Assembly (NCBI GenBank): GCA_965214095.1
Contig: OZ243938.1
Span: 5,088,001 to 5,152,000, forward strand
DNA from: Candidatus Poribacteria bacterium
Lineage (GTDB): Bacteria; Poribacteria; WGA-4E; WGA-3G
Length of the DNA: 64,000 nucleotides
Direction: 5' to 3'
Shown here: one piece after another, positions 1 to 9,758 of the stretch
How the letters are laid out: each line of letters begins with the position of its first letter
Numbering within the stretch: position 1 is the stretch's first letter
Notes under the pieces: model-generated
Database searches by the model: none
What the model was told of the DNA's origin: nothing
Seen by the model: only the letters and a program-made list of their open reading frames with translations
Made by a program: the position numbers and the translations under genes

Positions 1-740
1 CAAGGTTCTTTGCGGTTATAGTCTTGAAGATATTGCTTTGCTTGTTGTCCAACGTATACATCCGCATCATTTTCAAGTCCGAGTGGAGTGGGACGAACAA
101 GATGAGGTCTCGTTTTGAAACGTTCCTGATAGTCCTCACGGTATGCTTTCCAGATACCTTTCTCTTCCCACATTTCTGTCATATAGGATAGGCATTTCAT
201 ACTTGCTCGGGGACCACCAATCTCATTCACATCGTCTAATCCGTAAGCGTGCATCAAATGCTCACGTTTACGAAGATCACCAGTATTCGTGTGGAGATGT
301 GTTTTACCGAATAGACTCGTGCGATATCCTGCCTCTCGGACAGCTTGCATCCATGTTGGAGTATCAGGTTTCATCTTATGCTTTTGGTTGTTCCAAACGC
401 CGGTGTTGTGTGGATACAATCCTGTTGCTAAACTGAGGCGTGCAGGAACACAAACAGGTGATGTAGTAACACAATTAGTAAAACGTACACCCTCGTTTGC
501 AATTCTGTCCATGTTTGGTGTTTGAACCCAATCACCACTGCACCCCATGGCATCCCACCGTTGCTGGTCTGTCATCAGAAGAAGGATGTTCGGTTTCTTG
601 GACTCACTTGCAGGTTGTTGATCTGCCTTCGCTCCCTGTACACCAGTGTTTGTGGCAACAAGTGATATAGCACCTGCTCCTGCTACACCTAGATTCTTGA
701 TGAACGTTCTGCGATTGATTTTATCGGATTTAGTCTTCAT
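1..740 (-). CDS. Sulfatase with Tat signal peptide (3' end runs off the window; missing from the ORF track)
   Basis: Manual translation from ATG at 740: MKTKSDKINRRTFIKNLGVAGAGAISLVATNTGVQGA...KKPNILLLMTDQQRWD...SPVCVPARLSLATG. RRTFIK Tat motif and CxPxR formylglycine motif; frame open to position 1. Confidence 0.9.
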   Translation of the reverse strand, partial: MKTKSDKINRRTFIKNLGVAGAGAISLVATNTGVQGAKADQQPASESKKPNILLLMTDQQRWDAMGCSGDWVQTPNMDRIANEGVRFTNCVTTSPVCVPARLSLATGLYPHNTGVWNNQKHKMKPDTPTWMQAVREAGYRTSLFGKTHLHTNTGDLRKREHLMHAYGLDDVNEIGGPRASMKCLSYMTEMWEEKGIWKAYREDYQERFKTRPHLVRPTPLGLENDADVYVGQQAKQYLQDYNRKEP

Positions 741-744
741 AGGA

Positions 745-2121
745 TTATTTTTTGGTTTGTGTGTGAAATAGGTGTTCTAAAATTTGCAGCCTTAGTTCTG
801 TTTCTAACTCTTTCATTTCGGGTTGTCCAGCAAGGTTATTTATTTCATCTGGGTCATCTTGCACATTAAAGAGAAGATAAGGTATACTATCACCGTTTAG
901 CGCAATCTTCCATTCCTTATTGAGCAGCATGATTTCACCCGATATTTCAGAGATCGCAAACTCACGGTGCGTTGCTTCGGTGTCAGCAATAGCGGGACAT
1001 AACGACTTGCCATACTGCCGATGTTTCAATTCACCGTCAGCCATTTCAACAAATGTTGGACCGATATCAATCCATTCAACAGGATTGTCGTTGATTATCC
1101 CTTCTGTGCCATTTTTTACTGTTTCGGGAGTTCGGACAAGTAGAGGGATACGCACTGATCCATTGAGGAAGTTACCTTTGTATATCAGTCCGTAATCTCC
1201 GTTCATTTCACCGTGGTCTGAAGTGTGAATGATGACGGTATTATCAAGTTCACCCCATGCTTCAATTGCTTCAAGTATTTCACCAATCTGATCGTCTATG
1301 AGTGTTATATTACCAGCATAGTCTGCACGTAACCTTTGTTCCTCACCCTCTTCAAATTTGGGATTCATCCGATTCATCATATTGTCTAAATTACCACGAG
1401 GACGATCTCCAGCAGGTTGACGTGGAATAGGTGGTGGCATATCTTTTGGGTCATACATACTGGCATAAGGTTCGGGTGTATCCCACGGTTCATGAGGTCC
1501 ACCGAAACTTACCCAGCAGCACCACGGTTCTTGTCGGTTGTAATTCTGTATATACTTCTTTGATTGTTGACCGACGTAAACATCAGCATAGTTTTCAAGA
1601 CCAAGTGTTGAAGGACGAACTATGTAGGGTTTTGTGCTGAATCTTTCTTTATAATCCTCACGGTAACCTTGCCAAAGTCCTTTCTCCTCCCACATCTCTG
1701 TCATGTGAGACAGAACTCGACTACTTGCTCGTGGTCCGCCTATTTCATCAACATCATCTAAACCATACGATTTCATTAAATCTTCTCTGTCACGTAAATC
1801 TCCGTTGTGCGGATGAAGGTGTGTTTTTCCGAAAAGACTGGTGCGGTAGCCTGCATCACGTACCGTCTGCATCCAAGTTGGAGTATCAGCAGACATCGAA
1901 TGATGCATGTTATTCCAAACACCCGTATTGTGCGGATATAAACCCGTTGCTAAACTGAGACGTGTAGGGATACAGACCGGAGATGTGGTCACGCAGTTAG
2001 TAAAACGGACACCTTCATTTGCAATTCTATCTAAATTAGGTGTTTGCACCCAATCACCACTGCAACCCATTGCATCCCATCGTTGTTGGTCTGTCATGAG
2101 GAGAAGTATATTTGGTTTCAT
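745..2121 (-). CDS. Sulfatase (formylglycine-dependent, no signal peptide)
   Basis: PNILLLMTDQQR, CIPTRLSLATG, GKTH and SDHGE motifs. Confidence 0.93.
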   Translation of the reverse strand: MKPNILLLMTDQQRWDAMGCSGDWVQTPNLDRIANEGVRFTNCVTTSPVCIPTRLSLATGLYPHNTGVWNNMHHSMSADTPTWMQTVRDAGYRTSLFGKTHLHPHNGDLRDREDLMKSYGLDDVDEIGGPRASSRVLSHMTEMWEEKGLWQGYREDYKERFSTKPYIVRPSTLGLENYADVYVGQQSKKYIQNYNRQEPWCCWVSFGGPHEPWDTPEPYASMYDPKDMPPPIPRQPAGDRPRGNLDNMMNRMNPKFEEGEEQRLRADYAGNITLIDDQIGEILEAIEAWGELDNTVIIHTSDHGEMNGDYGLIYKGNFLNGSVRIPLLVRTPETVKNGTEGIINDNPVEWIDIGPTFVEMADGELKHRQYGKSLCPAIADTEATHREFAISEISGEIMLLNKEWKIALNGDSIPYLLFNVQDDPDEINNLAGQPEMKELETELRLQILEHLFHTQTKK

Positions 2122-2212
2122 AGATATCCTTATATGCTATTTGAAATGTTTGGCAAGATGTAATCGGTGGAGACGTAGGAAACTAACAAAAATTAGAATC
2201 TATATTCTTCAA

Positions 2213-3055
2213 TTAATTTCGCTCAATACCAGCATCAACAAATGCTTTTGACAACGTTTCATAAGAGAGGGTCGCAGCAGCAAGTGGATCATAATTCTCG
2301 CGTGCTTGCACCATAAAACTCACTTCGGCAGTGATGAATCCATCATAACCTTCTGCTTGCATCTGCTTTAGATAATCCACATAATCAAAAGTGCCTTCAC
2401 CGGGAATTAGGAATTCAAAATCTGGATGGATACCGCGTTGATCTTTGACATGTGTATGTGCCGAAACTGCTGCTAAAGCGGATACTGTCTCCTCAGTCGG
2501 CATGCCAACAATGTCAAAATGGCTAATGTCAAAGTTGACTTTGAGATATGGGGAATTGACGATATCAAGAAGTTCAAGCACTTTATTTGGAGTGTCAACA
2601 ATTGCACCGATGTGCGGTTCCATTGCGATGGTCACACCGCGGGATTCCCCATACTCCACCAACTCACCGAGACGTTCAGCAAGGAAATCTTTTTTGGCAT
2701 CCCACATGTCAGGCTTCCCACCAGGTGTCGTATTCACTGCTGGTAGTTCTCCATCTTGTGCAAGGTCAACTGCCAAGTCAACACCACCCTTGAGTCGCCA
2801 CATATTCTTTGCATGTGCTTCTGGGTCTGTTTCCAGCAAACTGGAGTGCGCAGCAATCGCAGGTAATGCTAAATTATTCTGTTTCAACAGAGAGGCAATT
2901 CGTTTCCGTTCTGCTGTATCAAGAGAACTGAGTTCGGTAGTGAAACGTGGGATGATAGTCAGTTCAATCCCATCAAATCCGAGTTGTGCGAGATGTGATA
3001 TTGCAGTATCAATGGCGACTGTCGGCATTCCCCATGTGCTATATCCGAGTTTCAT
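2213..3055 (-). CDS. Sugar phosphate isomerase/epimerase (xylose isomerase-like TIM barrel)
   Basis: GFDGIEL, MEPH, NFDISH, HTHVKD, GEG and GYDGFITAE motifs; AGGAG RBS. Confidence 0.88.
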   Translation of the reverse strand: MKLGYSTWGMPTVAIDTAISHLAQLGFDGIELTIIPRFTTELSSLDTAERKRIASLLKQNNLALPAIAAHSSLLETDPEAHAKNMWRLKGGVDLAVDLAQDGELPAVNTTPGGKPDMWDAKKDFLAERLGELVEYGESRGVTIAMEPHIGAIVDTPNKVLELLDIVNSPYLKVNFDISHFDIVGMPTEETVSALAAVSAHTHVKDQRGIHPDFEFLIPGEGTFDYVDYLKQMQAEGYDGFITAEVSFMVQARENYDPLAAATLSYETLSKAFVDAGIERN

Positions 3056-3108
3056 GTGCTATACTCCTTATAGTTGAACATAATGATGTTGGGGTTATCA
3101 GGTCTTCA

Positions 3109-3801
3109 TCAGAAAATGCTACCCATCCAATCATTCAATAGGAAACCAACACGGTGAATCAAGAGAGCAAGACGCCCCATAACGGTATTCCCAAATGCAG
3201 CTCCAAATCCTATCATTAGGAAAGCAATACCTACCTTTGAAAGCAACTTGATAGGACCGCGGTGTTCCACAGAAAAGAAAAAATATGTAAGGGTGCATAT
3301 TACACCAATGACTATGATGACAGCTCCGAAAGTATCCCAAGCGGAAAGCGTTCCTGCATTCATTGCAGCAAAGGGTTCAATTGTTCCGCGTGTCTGAGCA
3401 AAGATATTTGCCTGCAACACATTTGGAATTGCGACACCAGCCCCAAATCCGATCAGAATAGCTATAGGATAACGAATTAACCACGTATGACGCGAGGACA
3501 AACGGGCAAAAAACAATAAACCGATGGCAATTGGTAATATTCTAAATAACCCCCAAAGTGCATTTCGTGTTTCTGGTGTTGTTGTCCCCACTATCTCTGC
3601 CCAGAGCGCGCTGGTTGCTTCAGATAAAGGTTCCCAAGCTAATGGTATAACCCCTTGATGGATACTAATAATAATAATGTATCCAACCGAAATTCCTACA
3701 AAGAGATGTTCTGCAAAACGATAGAATGGATTATCTCTATAAAGAAAACTATAAATGCAGAGTGTTAAGAAAGCTGCAACCCAGATTCCAATAATTTCCA
3801 T
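3109..3801 (-). CDS. Uncharacterised polytopic membrane protein (gene 4 of the DUF6754-type cluster)
   Basis: About 7 hydrophobic segments; YSFLYRDNPFYRFAEHLFVG and MIGFGAAFGNTVMGR. Start moved to ATG 3801 (MEIIG), just after the upstream stop. Confidence 0.8.
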   Translation of the reverse strand: MEIIGIWVAAFLTLCIYSFLYRDNPFYRFAEHLFVGISVGYIIIISIHQGVIPLAWEPLSEATSALWAEIVGTTTPETRNALWGLFRILPIAIGLLFFARLSSRHTWLIRYPIAILIGFGAGVAIPNVLQANIFAQTRGTIEPFAAMNAGTLSAWDTFGAVIIVIGVICTLTYFFFSVEHRGPIKLLSKVGIAFLMIGFGAAFGNTVMGRLALLIHRVGFLLNDWMGSIF

Positions 3802-3805
3802 CAAT

Positions 3806-4621
3806 TTAACCCTCCCTTCTTCGCTGAATAAAAAATGCAATATTGCCTAGAATGACCAAACCGATAATCAAAAGATGTGCATAGGTTGCGGTGTTTAATC
3901 CTATAGTTCCATCCCCAGGTGCATTCAACAGTTCCTCATAATTTGCGGCTCCTAAATAACCGGGCATTAAGCCTATCAACTGTCCTGTTTGCAAATAAGG
4001 ATACATCTGGGCAATAATTACTGCTGTAACGCCTGCAGCAACCTTCAAACCGTACCTTGTGTTGGCATAAATGATCCAAGCTTCGGTTGTACTTCCGGAA
4101 GCAAGATCAAGCAACAAATCAATCTGATCATAGTTTGTGATATTTGCCATCATCGGAATTTCGTCAACAGTTTTATTTTCATAGTCGGTTTCAAAGACAC
4201 TGCTGATGTCGGTTCCCATACCAAGGATAACTTGTAATGTTCCGGGACGGTAACCCAGAAATACATAATCTTCACCATAGACAGCATTGTTTTCTGCAGC
4301 AATCTTTCGCATGAGTTTATGAGCCAAGGTTGGTGTATTAGGGAGAAGGGTCATACCGATGATTTTTATCCCTTTACTGAAACAGTGTTGCATTACTGCC
4401 TTTGCCATCGGTTCTGGTTCGGCGAGAGAAGATGGTCCATAGTCAAAAGCAATCATAATCGTTGATCCTGAGGGGAGTGCTTCAATAAAATCGTAAAGAT
4501 TTCGTGTTGGTTCTGAAACTGTAATTGGCATCCTTACTGGGACAAGGGTTGGAAAGATAACAACTAAAGCAACTAATATAAAAATTACTCGTCTGTCCAT
4601 ATTCATGATTTTTTCAAGCAT
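3806..4621 (-). CDS. Uncharacterised membrane-anchored protein (gene 3 of cluster)
   Basis: N- and C-terminal TM helices around an alpha/beta domain (DYGP, YGEDYVFLGYRPG, PYLQTGQ, GAANYE). Confidence 0.8.
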   Translation of the reverse strand: MLEKIMNMDRRVIFILVALVVIFPTLVPVRMPITVSEPTRNLYDFIEALPSGSTIMIAFDYGPSSLAEPEPMAKAVMQHCFSKGIKIIGMTLLPNTPTLAHKLMRKIAAENNAVYGEDYVFLGYRPGTLQVILGMGTDISSVFETDYENKTVDEIPMMANITNYDQIDLLLDLASGSTTEAWIIYANTRYGLKVAAGVTAVIIAQMYPYLQTGQLIGLMPGYLGAANYEELLNAPGDGTIGLNTATYAHLLIIGLVILGNIAFFIQRRREG

Positions 4622-4624
4622 TGA

Positions 4625-5275
4625 CTAATCTCCTCCACCAAGATACGACCGTTCAATTCCTAATATAATTCGGATAGATTGTGAAATGACCCCTAAACTT
4701 ACACCAAGAATAATACCACGTCGTGCAGCATTGTTTAGAACATCTAAAATCCATTGGCGTAACCATGATGCACCGTCTGTCCAAGGCATCCAAGACATTA
4801 CCTTATTCCAAACGAGATCGCCAACGGGGACATTTCCGATCATGACAATCATGGCAGTAGCAAGAAGTAAGAAAGCCTCAAACGACCGTGCACGGAAAGC
4901 ACGAAAAGCCGCTGAAGCTATAAAAAAGGCAAGCAAAGAAAACATCGTTGCATCCATTGGGACTTGGACGTTATTATATAACCACTCAACTGTTGAGTTT
5001 TGCGGTCCATAGGGAATACCAATTAAAACCATCACTATCATGCCAACGAATACAATCAGACTGTATTGCCAATGTTCTGTACGAAGGTTGATGCGTGTAA
5101 CGTGTGTCTGGATGAGCGTCACTACTGCCAATACCATAGCGAATGGCGATATTATTAACCCCCAATCGATCACTTCTTTGTAAACTGCTTGGGAATATGA
5201 ATGTGGACTAAATTGGGTGAAGATCATCGCTATGCCAAAAAGAAAGCAGAATGCTAAGGGTATTTGTCTCTTCAT
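4625..5275 (-). CDS. Uncharacterised polytopic membrane protein (gene 2 of cluster)
   Basis: About 6 TM; TMFSLLAFFIASAAFRAFRARS and RIILGIERSYLGG; GGAG RBS. Confidence 0.8.
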   Translation of the reverse strand: MKRQIPLAFCFLFGIAMIFTQFSPHSYSQAVYKEVIDWGLIISPFAMVLAVVTLIQTHVTRINLRTEHWQYSLIVFVGMIVMVLIGIPYGPQNSTVEWLYNNVQVPMDATMFSLLAFFIASAAFRAFRARSFEAFLLLATAMIVMIGNVPVGDLVWNKVMSWMPWTDGASWLRQWILDVLNNAARRGIILGVSLGVISQSIRIILGIERSYLGGGD

Positions 5276-5283
5276 ATATTCTC

Positions 5284-6441
5284 CTATCTCACACTCTGTA
5301 AAAGTGTAGTAATCCAGTTGATACCGAACAACTCAAGAGTCACACCAAGGATGATCGTCACAAAAATGACGATTTTACCCCAGTCTTGTCCTCTGAGACT
5401 TCCTAGAAGCATTGGTTCTTTGGAAAGATACGCACTTGCTGCATAGAGTTCTTCACCTATCAAGGTATAGTCACAGGCTGCGATGAAGAAGGGGAGTTGA
5501 TGTTCTGAATCTGTGCCAGCAATTTGTATGGCACCGATGGAATTACCGGTTTCAGCCATAAGAAGTGATTCCGCATAAAATGTACCTTGTAGAAAGACTG
5601 CTGCTGGTTTTTCGCGAATCATCATACCATCAACACCTGCTGCATAAGCGAATTGATCACCGGTAAGATAGAAGATGTTCTGTTCCTGGTAGGCATCTGG
5701 ACGACCTTCGTCAATGTAAGAAGTTTTAACCATCTCCCGAACAACGTTCAACACAATGGGATCATTACAAGGTACGCGTAGGGGTGTTTCATAGTCAGCA
5801 GTTCGTCGTGCAACCTGTCCAAGAATGGTCATACTGGCAATAGTTGCAACATTTTCAACACCTCCTAACCCTAACACATATAAAATTGAACGGCCCATCT
5901 CGGTTGCCCTTCCGATTGCTTCATCGACAGCTTCAAGTCCAGGAATACGACGAACAAATACATCTTGATTATTACGGCAAAGGTATATACTTACAAGAAT
6001 TGCTGCACATAAAATTATCATGACAATAAAAAGTGAGGTCTTACCCGTGTGAAACCATTGTCCAGTAGCTATTACTCCTTCTGTCTGTTGCGAATTTACT
6101 ATCGCTTCAGAATCAGTAATTGCCTGTACAAAATATGCATGTGTTTTCCCTTTTTCTATATAAGAATCCTTATATTGAGTCGTAGTCGGTTTTAACTGTT
6201 CACCAATCTCCTCAAACTCACCCGAATCAGTGTTGCGTAGGATTTTGTATCCTGTTATCCCACTATCCTCAGGTGCAGCATCCCATGTGACGGTGATACT
6301 TGAGCCATCGTCATTAGGTGTATCTTTCGCAGTGACGTTTGTCGGAGGTGAAAACGTCGGTTCTTGACTAAATGCATAAGTGCCGCATAAAAAAATAAGC
6401 AAACATGCGGCTATACATATAAATGTCTTGTTATGTGTCAT
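5284..6441 (-). CDS. Fibronectin type III domain plus DUF6754-like membrane protein (gene 1 of cluster)
   Basis: Signal peptide; FN3 (PPTNVTAKDTPNDDG..ITVTW..GYKILR); TM; RRIPGLEAVDEAIGRATEMGR and QLPFFIAACDYTLIGEELYAASAYLS. Confidence 0.8.
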   Translation of the reverse strand: MTHNKTFICIAACLLIFLCGTYAFSQEPTFSPPTNVTAKDTPNDDGSSITVTWDAAPEDSGITGYKILRNTDSGEFEEIGEQLKPTTTQYKDSYIEKGKTHAYFVQAITDSEAIVNSQQTEGVIATGQWFHTGKTSLFIVMIILCAAILVSIYLCRNNQDVFVRRIPGLEAVDEAIGRATEMGRSILYVLGLGGVENVATIASMTILGQVARRTADYETPLRVPCNDPIVLNVVREMVKTSYIDEGRPDAYQEQNIFYLTGDQFAYAAGVDGMMIREKPAAVFLQGTFYAESLLMAETGNSIGAIQIAGTDSEHQLPFFIAACDYTLIGEELYAASAYLSKEPMLLGSLRGQDWGKIVIFVTIILGVTLELFGINWITTLLQSVR

Positions 6442-6471
6442 TTATTCCCTCAAAAGAATTTGGGTTAAGAA

Positions 6472-7560
6472 CTAATTACATTGTGAAATTGCTTCAATAA
6501 TTTGTGTATCAGTTACATCGTCTCGGATAACTACTTCCCCAATACGAGTCGGCAAAATAAGACGTAGATTGCCATCCAATGCTTTTTTGTCATAATACAT
6601 AGTTTCACATATAGTTTTTGGGGTAAGATATGATGGAAAGGTTAACGGAAGTTGTGCCTGAATTAATAGATTACGTTGACGTTCAAAATCAGTTTTCGAA
6701 AACATACCCAAATTGACTGCTAATCGTGCGGCGCAATTCATGCCGATAGACACTGCTTCTCCGTGTCTTAATCCATCGTAGTCTGTCAATGCTTCAAGTG
6801 CATGTCCAAATGTATGTCCATAGTTTAGCACCATCCGTAACCTGCTCTCTTTTTCATCTTTCGCGACTATATCTGCCTTGTTTGCACAAGCACGAGCGAT
6901 CAATTCAATGAGTGTTTCTGCATCTAAGTCTAATATTGCGTCTAAGTTTTCCTCCACCATCTCAAACAAGTATTCATCTCTGATGACCCCCATTTTTATC
7001 ACTTCAATCAGTCCTGCGCGTAGGTCTCGCTCCGGTAAGGTTTTGAGCGTGTCAACATCAATCAATACTAATTTAGGTTGATGAAACGCACCTATAAGAT
7101 TTTTTCCTTTTTCATGATTAATTGCTGTCTTTCCGCCAACACTCGCGTCAACTTGTGCTTGTAAAGTCGTAGGAATTTGAATGTAATCTATCCCTCGCAT
7201 GTATATTGCTGCAGCAAATCCAGCTAAATCACCCACAACCCCACCACCAAGAGCAATCACCATTGAACTCCTATCAAGTTGATGGGCAACCAAACTATCC
7301 AATACGCTGGTTAATTGTTCTAACGCCTTACTACTTTCACCAACAGGCACTTCAATCATAGCAGTATCAAAACCTACCTGTTTCAAATACGCGAGAACTG
7401 AAGGTGCATAATGTTGTTGGACGGTCGTGTCTGTAACAATGAGCACTCTCGTAGATTTACTCAGTGATTTAAGACATTCACCAATTCGGGTTAAATTCCC
7501 TGAACCAACGATGAGAGGGTAACGGTTTTCTTTGAGTTCTACGTGTAATGTCTTTTCCAT
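6472..7560 (-). CDS. aroB: 3-dehydroquinate synthase
   Basis: ALGGGVVGDLAGF, PTTL.AQVDASVGGKT, LNYGHTFGHALE, HGEAV; start ATG 7560 abuts the aroK stop. Confidence 0.97.
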   Translation of the reverse strand: MEKTLHVELKENRYPLIVGSGNLTRIGECLKSLSKSTRVLIVTDTTVQQHYAPSVLAYLKQVGFDTAMIEVPVGESSKALEQLTSVLDSLVAHQLDRSSMVIALGGGVVGDLAGFAAAIYMRGIDYIQIPTTLQAQVDASVGGKTAINHEKGKNLIGAFHQPKLVLIDVDTLKTLPERDLRAGLIEVIKMGVIRDEYLFEMVEENLDAILDLDAETLIELIARACANKADIVAKDEKESRLRMVLNYGHTFGHALEALTDYDGLRHGEAVSIGMNCAARLAVNLGMFSKTDFERQRNLLIQAQLPLTFPSYLTPKTICETMYYDKKALDGNLRLILPTRIGEVVIRDDVTDTQIIEAISQCN

Positions 7561-7561
7561 T

Positions 7562-8131
7562 TTACGCATCGGGATTTTTGGGCACAAATGTTTTCATCTT
7601 CCTGAAATAGATGTTTTTTATATGAACAACTATTTCATCAAAGGACCTTCCAGTGGTATCCATCGTATAGTCAGCCTTGGCATAGTAAGGGGCGCGTTCA
7701 TCTAACATGGTTCGAATTGTTTCCAATGGATCGGGGGTCTGCAATAAAGGACGGTGTGTCTGATGGCCAACGCGTTCATATATCTCTTCTGGAGATGCCG
7801 TTAAGCAAAAAACAATTCCATTTTCTTTAAGTTTAGCAACGTTTTCCTCTTTTAAAACAACGCCACCGCCTGTTGATATAACAAAATTGTATAGATTAGA
7901 TACTTGTTCGACCGCTTCACTCTCAAGTTGACGAAACACTGATTCTCCATCTTTTTCAAAGATATCGCTAATTGCCCGATCATTATCCCTTTCAATCACA
8001 CTGTCCGTATCAATATACCGCATCCTCATAAGTGATGAAATCCGTTTACCGACAGAGGTCTTTCCAGTACCCATAAAACCGACAAGAACAATATTGGGTT
8101 TATTTTTAGAAGTTCTATTCAACTGATCCAC
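7562..8131 (-). CDS. aroK: Shikimate kinase
   Basis: GFMGTGKT P-loop, DTD, GESVFRQLE, STGGG, RPLL; start probably GTG 8131 or TTG 8122 rather than 8251. Confidence 0.95.
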   Translation of the reverse strand: MDQLNRTSKNKPNIVLVGFMGTGKTSVGKRISSLMRMRYIDTDSVIERDNDRAISDIFEKDGESVFRQLESEAVEQVSNLYNFVISTGGGVVLKEENVAKLKENGIVFCLTASPEEIYERVGHQTHRPLLQTPDPLETIRTMLDERAPYYAKADYTMDTTGRSFDEIVVHIKNIYFRKMKTFVPKNPDA

Positions 8132-8323
8132 CTCTATAGAATAAAAACAATTTAGTGCTTTTTGATTGATACCGATATATGTAATTATAGCATTATCCAT
8201 AATTAATGTAAAGGTATTCGTTAAATTGCACCCGAACCATTCAAGTGTCACATATAGTTATTGTTGGAGGGGTTTCTAACCCCGATATTCAGAATCTCAA
8301 CAATTAAGTACAAGACCATTTAG

Positions 8324-8489
8324 TCCTGATAAGTTATGATTTCAACCGTCTACATCCCACAAACTACAGCATGGGATTTGACGGAATAGTGTTAAATTCG
8401 GTTGTGAGAAATCAACTTCAATTCAGGATGGGGTCTCTGTGTCCCACCTGAACCACTAATCATGAGACATGGCGGGACACAAAGATACC
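8324..8489. repeat. Two adjacent imperfect inverted-repeat elements (MITE/REPIN-like)
   Basis: tcctga..agtt..tgatttc..aaccg / cggtt..gaaatcaactt..tcagga (8324-8428); ggtctctgtgtcccacc / ggcgggacacaaagatacc (8432-8489). Confidence 0.5.
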
Positions 8490-8603
8490 GCAATAAAATG
8501 TGGTATGGTGCTGTGAAAACTTAAAATCCGACGCGACAATGTGGTGGTAGGTTGGGTTAGGAAAGTCGTATATTCTTGGAAATCAAATAATTCGAATCAA
8601 CTA

Positions 8604-9371
8604 TCAATTTTTTAGTTTGAGATCAACAGCGATGGCTTTCTTCTTTTCTATCAACATCTTGTATTCTGCTTTCCCCAAATCCTTTTCAATCTTTGCTACT
8701 TCTTTCATCACAGTTTTTATTTCCTTCTCATTCTTTTTCATCATTTTCGCCAATCTCTTCTTTTCTGCCGCAATGTCAGTTGATTTAGAGCGAGATCTTC
8801 TTTGATTGTTTCTTTCATTATCACTGTTTTTTTCGTATTGAGAAGATGAACTTGAGCGGGACGGACTATTACCGGTCTTGAGAAATCCCGTACTATCAGT
8901 ATTGAAGGTAATCATTTCACCATTTTTGTATAAAGTTATCTTTTTATCATCAATGTTCTTAACTACAGCATCACCAATTTCATCACCAACACTAACAACA
9001 TAAAACTGATTTGAACGTCTTTCCACTACAAAAGCCTCTGAATTCGTTCCTAAAGTGCCAATAGCAGTTCCAATCAAGGTATATTCTGGTTCTTCCTTAG
9101 GAGGTGTCCATCCAAGAGGACGAAAAATATTATTCTCTACTATAACCTGATAGAAACCTGAATTATCTTTGGATTTTTCACTATGGGATTCTTGTTTACG
9201 CTTTTCATACGCCACCAGTTCCTGTTTCAGTTGTGCTTTTGATGCGTTCACATCTGCATCATCTGTTTCCATTTTCGCAAGATTTCCCCACTGTAGGTCT
9301 ACACCAAATACGAAAAGAAAACCTACAACAGAAGCAATTCCCAATAGAATTAAGACTTTTGAATATTTCAC
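8604..9371 (-). CDS. Bitopic protein with GspC/PilP-like (T2SS protein C HR) domain and C-terminal coiled coil
   Basis: N-terminal TM; NIFRP; YTLIGT..AFVV..FYVVSVGDEIGDAVVKNIDDKKITL; Lys/Glu-rich helical tail. Confidence 0.6.
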   Translation of the reverse strand: MKYSKVLILLGIASVVGFLFVFGVDLQWGNLAKMETDDADVNASKAQLKQELVAYEKRKQESHSEKSKDNSGFYQVIVENNIFRPLGWTPPKEEPEYTLIGTAIGTLGTNSEAFVVERRSNQFYVVSVGDEIGDAVVKNIDDKKITLYKNGEMITFNTDSTGFLKTGNSPSRSSSSSQYEKNSDNERNNQRRSRSKSTDIAAEKKRLAKMMKKNEKEIKTVMKEVAKIEKDLGKAEYKMLIEKKKAIAVDLKLKN

Positions 9372-9442
9372 AACAATTCACTTTCTTAGTAAAACGGTCA
9401 GTAGAAAAATCCGAGTATTTTATAAACGCTCAACTTTAACTT

Positions 9443-9556
9443 ATACCATTTCTAATAGAAAACGCCGCATTTTTGTAGCACAAACTGCCAGTTTGTGCCG
9501 TCGTTCAAGACATCCTTAAGAAATGTTAATGGGATAAACATTTATAGAAATGGTAT
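9443..9556. mobile_element. 114-bp MITE (family A) carrying a GTAG REP palindrome
   Basis: TIR ataccatttcta/tagaaatggtat; internal gtagcacaaactgccagtttgtgc; near-identical copy at 50820-50933. Confidence 0.8.
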
Positions 9557-9758
9557 TATTCTCTTAACAGTAAATATTGTACTATGTTTCTAATAGAAAA
9601 GCAATAAAAAAATACAATTTATCTGAAATTGCATGTGTGCGCGATGTTGATAAATGTATTGCATTAGTGGGGACAGGGAAGCGCGCTTCAACGGTATGAT
9701 TGGTATGTAGCCGGAAACCACGCGATACAATCATTTATGAGATACGATCACATTTCTA

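Noticed and set aside
2445-3077. Long antisense ORFs (also 32015, 53176, 57356 and many others in the track)
   Set aside because: They are shadows of well-supported genes on the opposite strand and have no recognisable motifs
9660-9725. Cobalamin riboswitch (agggaa...agccggaaacc) near the methyltransferase
   Set aside because: It lies downstream of and antisense to the gene, lacks the other core stems, and looks like a degenerate REP
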